This document shows positions 46,425-49,369 of a stretch of 49,369 nt of DNA, piece by piece; position 1 is the first letter of the stretch; every line of letters starts with the position of its first letter. Source of the DNA: a virus (Duplodnaviria; Caudoviricetes); the IMG/VR virus record IMGVR_UViG_3300037423_000095, positions 1 to 49,369 of that record; one strand, 5' to 3'. Both the position numbers and the translations under genes were made by a program. The notes under the pieces are model-generated. The model was given only the letters and a program-made list of their open reading frames with translations, was not told where the DNA came from and did not search any database.

Positions 46425-46591
46425 CTCTCACGCTTCAGCTTTTCATAAGCAATGCGCTGACGCTCTCTAAGCTCTTCGTACACCTCAAGCAGCAAAGGCG
46501 TCTGTCCAGCTTGATAACGGCCTTCCACCCAAGCGCTTGTTTGCTTTGAAGCTTGCATGTAAGCCTCATTCTGCAGTTTCTTGTCGTCCAT
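46415..46591 (-). CDS. Hypothetical protein
   Basis: TAATG coupling gives start MDDKK (track 46669). Confidence 0.5.
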   Translation of the reverse strand: MDDKKLQNEAYMQASKQTSAWVEGRYQAGQTPLLLEVYEELRERQRIAYEKLKRERWL

Positions 46592-47094
46592 TATACATCG
46601 CTTTCCATCAAGGTTGTCATCTTTCGAGCGTACTTCGTGGCTCGCTTGTGGTCGCCACGCTTCAGGCATTCCTCCATGTTGCTCTTGGCGTCGTGAAGTT
46701 TGACGAAACGGGCCACAGAATTGGCCCTAACTCTAGCCATGTACTCTCCTTCAGTTTGACCAGGGACTTTGGACAAGTCCCTGATTGCATCAACAACCCA
46801 GTCGGGAAACAATGTGTAGAGCAAGAAGGGCGTACACGGCGTATCCTCCAAGATGTCATGCAGCACTGCCACCATTCGGACATACCAAAACCATTCCTCA
46901 AACGGCTCCTTACTGCCTGAGGCTTGGTAGGGGATTTGTGCCGTCTGCTTTGCTTCACAAACGCTGGTTTCTACCCGTGTCAGGTGGTAGGTGTAGTCGC
47001 GCTCCCCGTAGGTTTGGCCTGCGTGAAATTTTGAAGCCAAATTCCAAGCAAGATCATAATCAAAGTCGGAATTGGGTTCCATCAAGGGAGACAT
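46591..47094 (-). CDS. HD-domain hydrolase, SpoT/Mesh1-like
   Basis: H.GQ.Y..Y..HL, AVLHDILEDT, VKLHDAKSN. Confidence 0.85.
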   Translation of the reverse strand: MSPLMEPNSDFDYDLAWNLASKFHAGQTYGERDYTYHLTRVETSVCEAKQTAQIPYQASGSKEPFEEWFWYVRMVAVLHDILEDTPCTPFLLYTLFPDWVVDAIRDLSKVPGQTEGEYMARVRANSVARFVKLHDAKSNMEECLKRGDHKRATKYARKMTTLMESDV

Positions 47095-47454
47095 TCAGTA
47101 GCTCCTCCAGCCTTCCGGCAGTTGGCAGTTGGGTGGGGCCAGCTTGAACATCGGTCCAATCTGGTCATCTGTGTAGCCCGCTAGGCCACAGCCCACACGG
47201 GTGACGAAGAACTTCAGTTCAGGGTGGGCCTCAGCTTACTCAATGAACTGGTCCACGAACGCTTCAATCGTCTTGAGCGGAAGCGTTCTGAGGGTCACAT
47301 CCTTCGTCGGGATGGCGTAGCTGTCGCCTGTACGTCCAACGCCTACACCGTAGACGGCTCCGTGGTGTTGACGGGCACAGAGGGCTGCTCCTTTGCCATG
47401 CCTTCCAGCTAGGTTGGAGCCGAAGACGAAGATGGTGTTAGTCGTATTGGTCAT
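47095..47454 (-). pseudogene. A1S_2505-family (macrodomain-like) gene with internal ochre stop
   Basis: IFVFGSNLAGRHGKGAA..YAIPTK..FIE*AEAHPELKFFVTRVGCGLAGY; TAA at 47236-47238, frame continues to 47095. Confidence 0.75.
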
Positions 47455-47659
47455 CTTGCACCATCACTGCAACGATGTCGGGAATGCTCATGGAGAACAG
47501 ACCGGGCGATTTCGAAGTGTCGGCCCATTCAATCGTGTACCCCTTGTACGAGCCATCCGCATCACGAGTGAGTTCGACACTCTTAATGTTTCCAACTTCG
47601 ATTGCGTGCCCACCCTTCATGTAGAAAGTGGCACGAAGGGATTTGTCAGTGTTGCTCAT
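47438..47659 (-). CDS. Hypothetical protein
   Basis: MSNTDKSLRATFYMKGGH.. portion of track ORF 47438-47959. Confidence 0.55.
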   Translation of the reverse strand: MSNTDKSLRATFYMKGGHAIEVGNIKSVELTRDADGSYKGYTIEWADTSKSPGLFSMSIPDIVAVMVQDDQYD

Positions 47660-47720
47660 TTTAGGTGCATTCCAAAGGTTAATAGGTGGGAGGGAGAGGG
47701 AGGGCCATAAGCCATCCCTT

Positions 47721-49295
47721 TCAAGCTGCAAGTCGTTCGATAGCTTCATCGATGGTTTCGAACACGCCGAGTGTGACTTCCTCGCCTTCAACATAAGAAG
47801 CCTGCGGCTCCCACTCGTTGATGTAATTGTGAGCGCAGACGTTGTACTCCAAGCGCTCTTGAGCACGAGTGCAGGCCACGTACAGGAGGTTTTCTTCCTC
47901 CACGGGCAGGCCCACGAACTCTCCGCTCTCGTCACGTCCATCCTTGAAGTCGCATTCAACGATCACTTGCTTCCATTCCCGGCCCTTGCTCTTGTGAGCC
48001 GTGGTGAAGGTGACGTGCGGGTTGGGGGCGTTCTGGAAGCGAGCCAGAAGTTGCAGCCAGTCTTCAGCCTGACCACCTTCAACAGCCTTGGCGATGCGAC
48101 GGAGTTCCCCGTCGTTCTCAGCTTCCTTCAGCAGTTCGTCCCAATCCTTGCAGGGAACCACCTTGTCATGCTTCACGCCCTTCTTGTTCCGGCTGAACAG
48201 GGACATCGCGCTTTCCAACAGCTTCACGAAGTCGTTGGTGTCGATTTCGATAGCGATAGGAACGTTGTTCCTGATTTCTTCCAGGGCTTCAGCCAGCAGG
48301 GCAGCGTTCGTGCGGAACAGACGGGTGTAGGGCTGCGAGCGGTCCACGATGCCCATACGGCCCGTCACAGACTCGATTTTCTCAAAGCCCATCACTTCCA
48401 TGTCACCACGCAGAACAGCAGTAGCCACGTCAGCCACAGCCTGACCATAGCGGAAACTCTTGGTCAGCATCTTGATGGTGCAATGCTCAGCCAGCGCTTC
48501 CATTGCATTGACAGCACCACGCCAGCCGTAGATGGCTTGACGGGAATCTCCCACCACAACCACCTTCATGTGGGCGCGCTGGTTCATCACAATATCCATC
48601 ACGCAAGGCGTGGTGTCCTGGAACTCGTCAACGTACAGCACTTCCACGCCATGGAACACAGGCTTGCTCAGTTGGAACAGCTTCAGATAGGTGTCGTGCG
48701 TAGCCAACACCACGCTGTTCACATTCACACGCTCGGCCCACAGAGCCTGAGCGAAGAACAAGACTTGCTGACGAACGTAATTGATGGCGTCCTTGTCGCC
48801 ATCCAGCTTTTCAGCCACGTCCTTCATGTACAGGTGATCGTAGCCCAGCACATCGTCGGCGCTCTGCTCGAAACGTTGGACAGTGTTCTTGACCAGCAGG
48901 CCCAAACAGGCGCCCGTCAGGGCGACTGCCCCTTGATACACAACGTCGTTGATGGTGAAGAACTGGGCAATCTCGGAAGCAGTGCCAGCCACATTCCTGT
49001 AGCCACCACGGGGACGCTGCAGCTTGTTGCGCAGCTTGGCACCGAACGTGGCGTAAGCCTTGGAATGGCTGGAGCGGCACTCCACCCACTTGGGGAACTT
49101 CAGAGCGGCTTCGTCAGCGTTGCTGCGGTTGAAGCAGATGTACAGCGACGGCACTTGGCAGGCTTCAGCCATCAGCACCAGCGTCGAGGTCTTGCCAGAG
49201 CCGGCACAGGCCCGCAGTTGCAGCATTTCACCCACAGCCATGGCGATCAGGGTCTTGATGGCGTCTTGCTGCTGAGGGGTCGGTGCGTAGCTCAT
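47721..49295 (-). CDS. UvrD/Rep-like SF1A helicase
   Basis: ACAGSGKTST, VDEFQD, VGDSRQAIYGWRGA, LTKSFRYG, TAHKSKGREW, LLYVACTRA. Confidence 0.93.
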   Translation of the reverse strand: MSYAPTPQQQDAIKTLIAMAVGEMLQLRACAGSGKTSTLVLMAEACQVPSLYICFNRSNADEAALKFPKWVECRSSHSKAYATFGAKLRNKLQRPRGGYRNVAGTASEIAQFFTINDVVYQGAVALTGACLGLLVKNTVQRFEQSADDVLGYDHLYMKDVAEKLDGDKDAINYVRQQVLFFAQALWAERVNVNSVVLATHDTYLKLFQLSKPVFHGVEVLYVDEFQDTTPCVMDIVMNQRAHMKVVVVGDSRQAIYGWRGAVNAMEALAEHCTIKMLTKSFRYGQAVADVATAVLRGDMEVMGFEKIESVTGRMGIVDRSQPYTRLFRTNAALLAEALEEIRNNVPIAIEIDTNDFVKLLESAMSLFSRNKKGVKHDKVVPCKDWDELLKEAENDGELRRIAKAVEGGQAEDWLQLLARFQNAPNPHVTFTTAHKSKGREWKQVIVECDFKDGRDESGEFVGLPVEEENLLYVACTRAQERLEYNVCAHNYINEWEPQASYVEGEEVTLGVFETIDEAIERLAA

Positions 49296-49321
49296 GTCTG
49301 GCTCCTGTGTTGATGGAATGT

Positions 49322-49350
49322 ATTTTGGTTGTTCACAGAACCCCTGTCAA
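49322..49350 (-). promoter_or_regulatory. Sigma70-like promoter for the helicase operon
   Basis: Minus strand TTGACA-17 nt-CAAAAT. Confidence 0.6.
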
Positions 49351-49369
49351 GCACCTTCTGTCAATTCCC

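Noticed and set aside
47628-49313. 561-aa plus-strand ORF
   Set aside because: Antisense shadow of the UvrD helicase caused by codon bias.
1-49369. Genome-wide stop-codon reassignment
   Set aside because: TAA, TAG and TGA all end well-defined genes; only one internal stop was seen.
1-49369. Prophage or lysogeny module
   Set aside because: No integrase, repressor, att site or host genes are visible in the window.

Overview
About 49 kb of a lytic, siphovirus-type tailed dsDNA phage genome, probably infecting a Gram-negative proteobacterium (inference). Plus strand (1-28.8 kb): the end of a possible DUF2828/TROVE-like gene, an array of 7 atypical tRNAs interspersed with non-tRNA structured RNAs, then terminase large subunit, portal, S49 prohead protease, scaffold, head decoration, major capsid protein, head-tail connectors, tail tube, a decayed homing endonuclease, tail chaperones with a -1 frameshift, a 1699-aa tape measure, two fibre modules and a holin/GH19 endolysin cassette. 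Minus strand (28.9-49.3 kb): glutaredoxin, class II ribonucleotide reductase, phosphoesterase, HNH nucleases, 5'-3' exonuclease, SSB-like protein, dNMP kinase, a family A DNA polymerase split by a group I intron (43254-44015) and apparently starting at AUU, an HD hydrolase, a macrodomain-like gene with an internal stop, and a UvrD-like helicase. The most unusual signal is a 121-aa stand-alone, catalytically degenerate paralogue of the phage's own terminase ATPase domain in the replication module (candidate anti-defence decoy). All calls come from reading motifs and synteny by eye; no searches were run.
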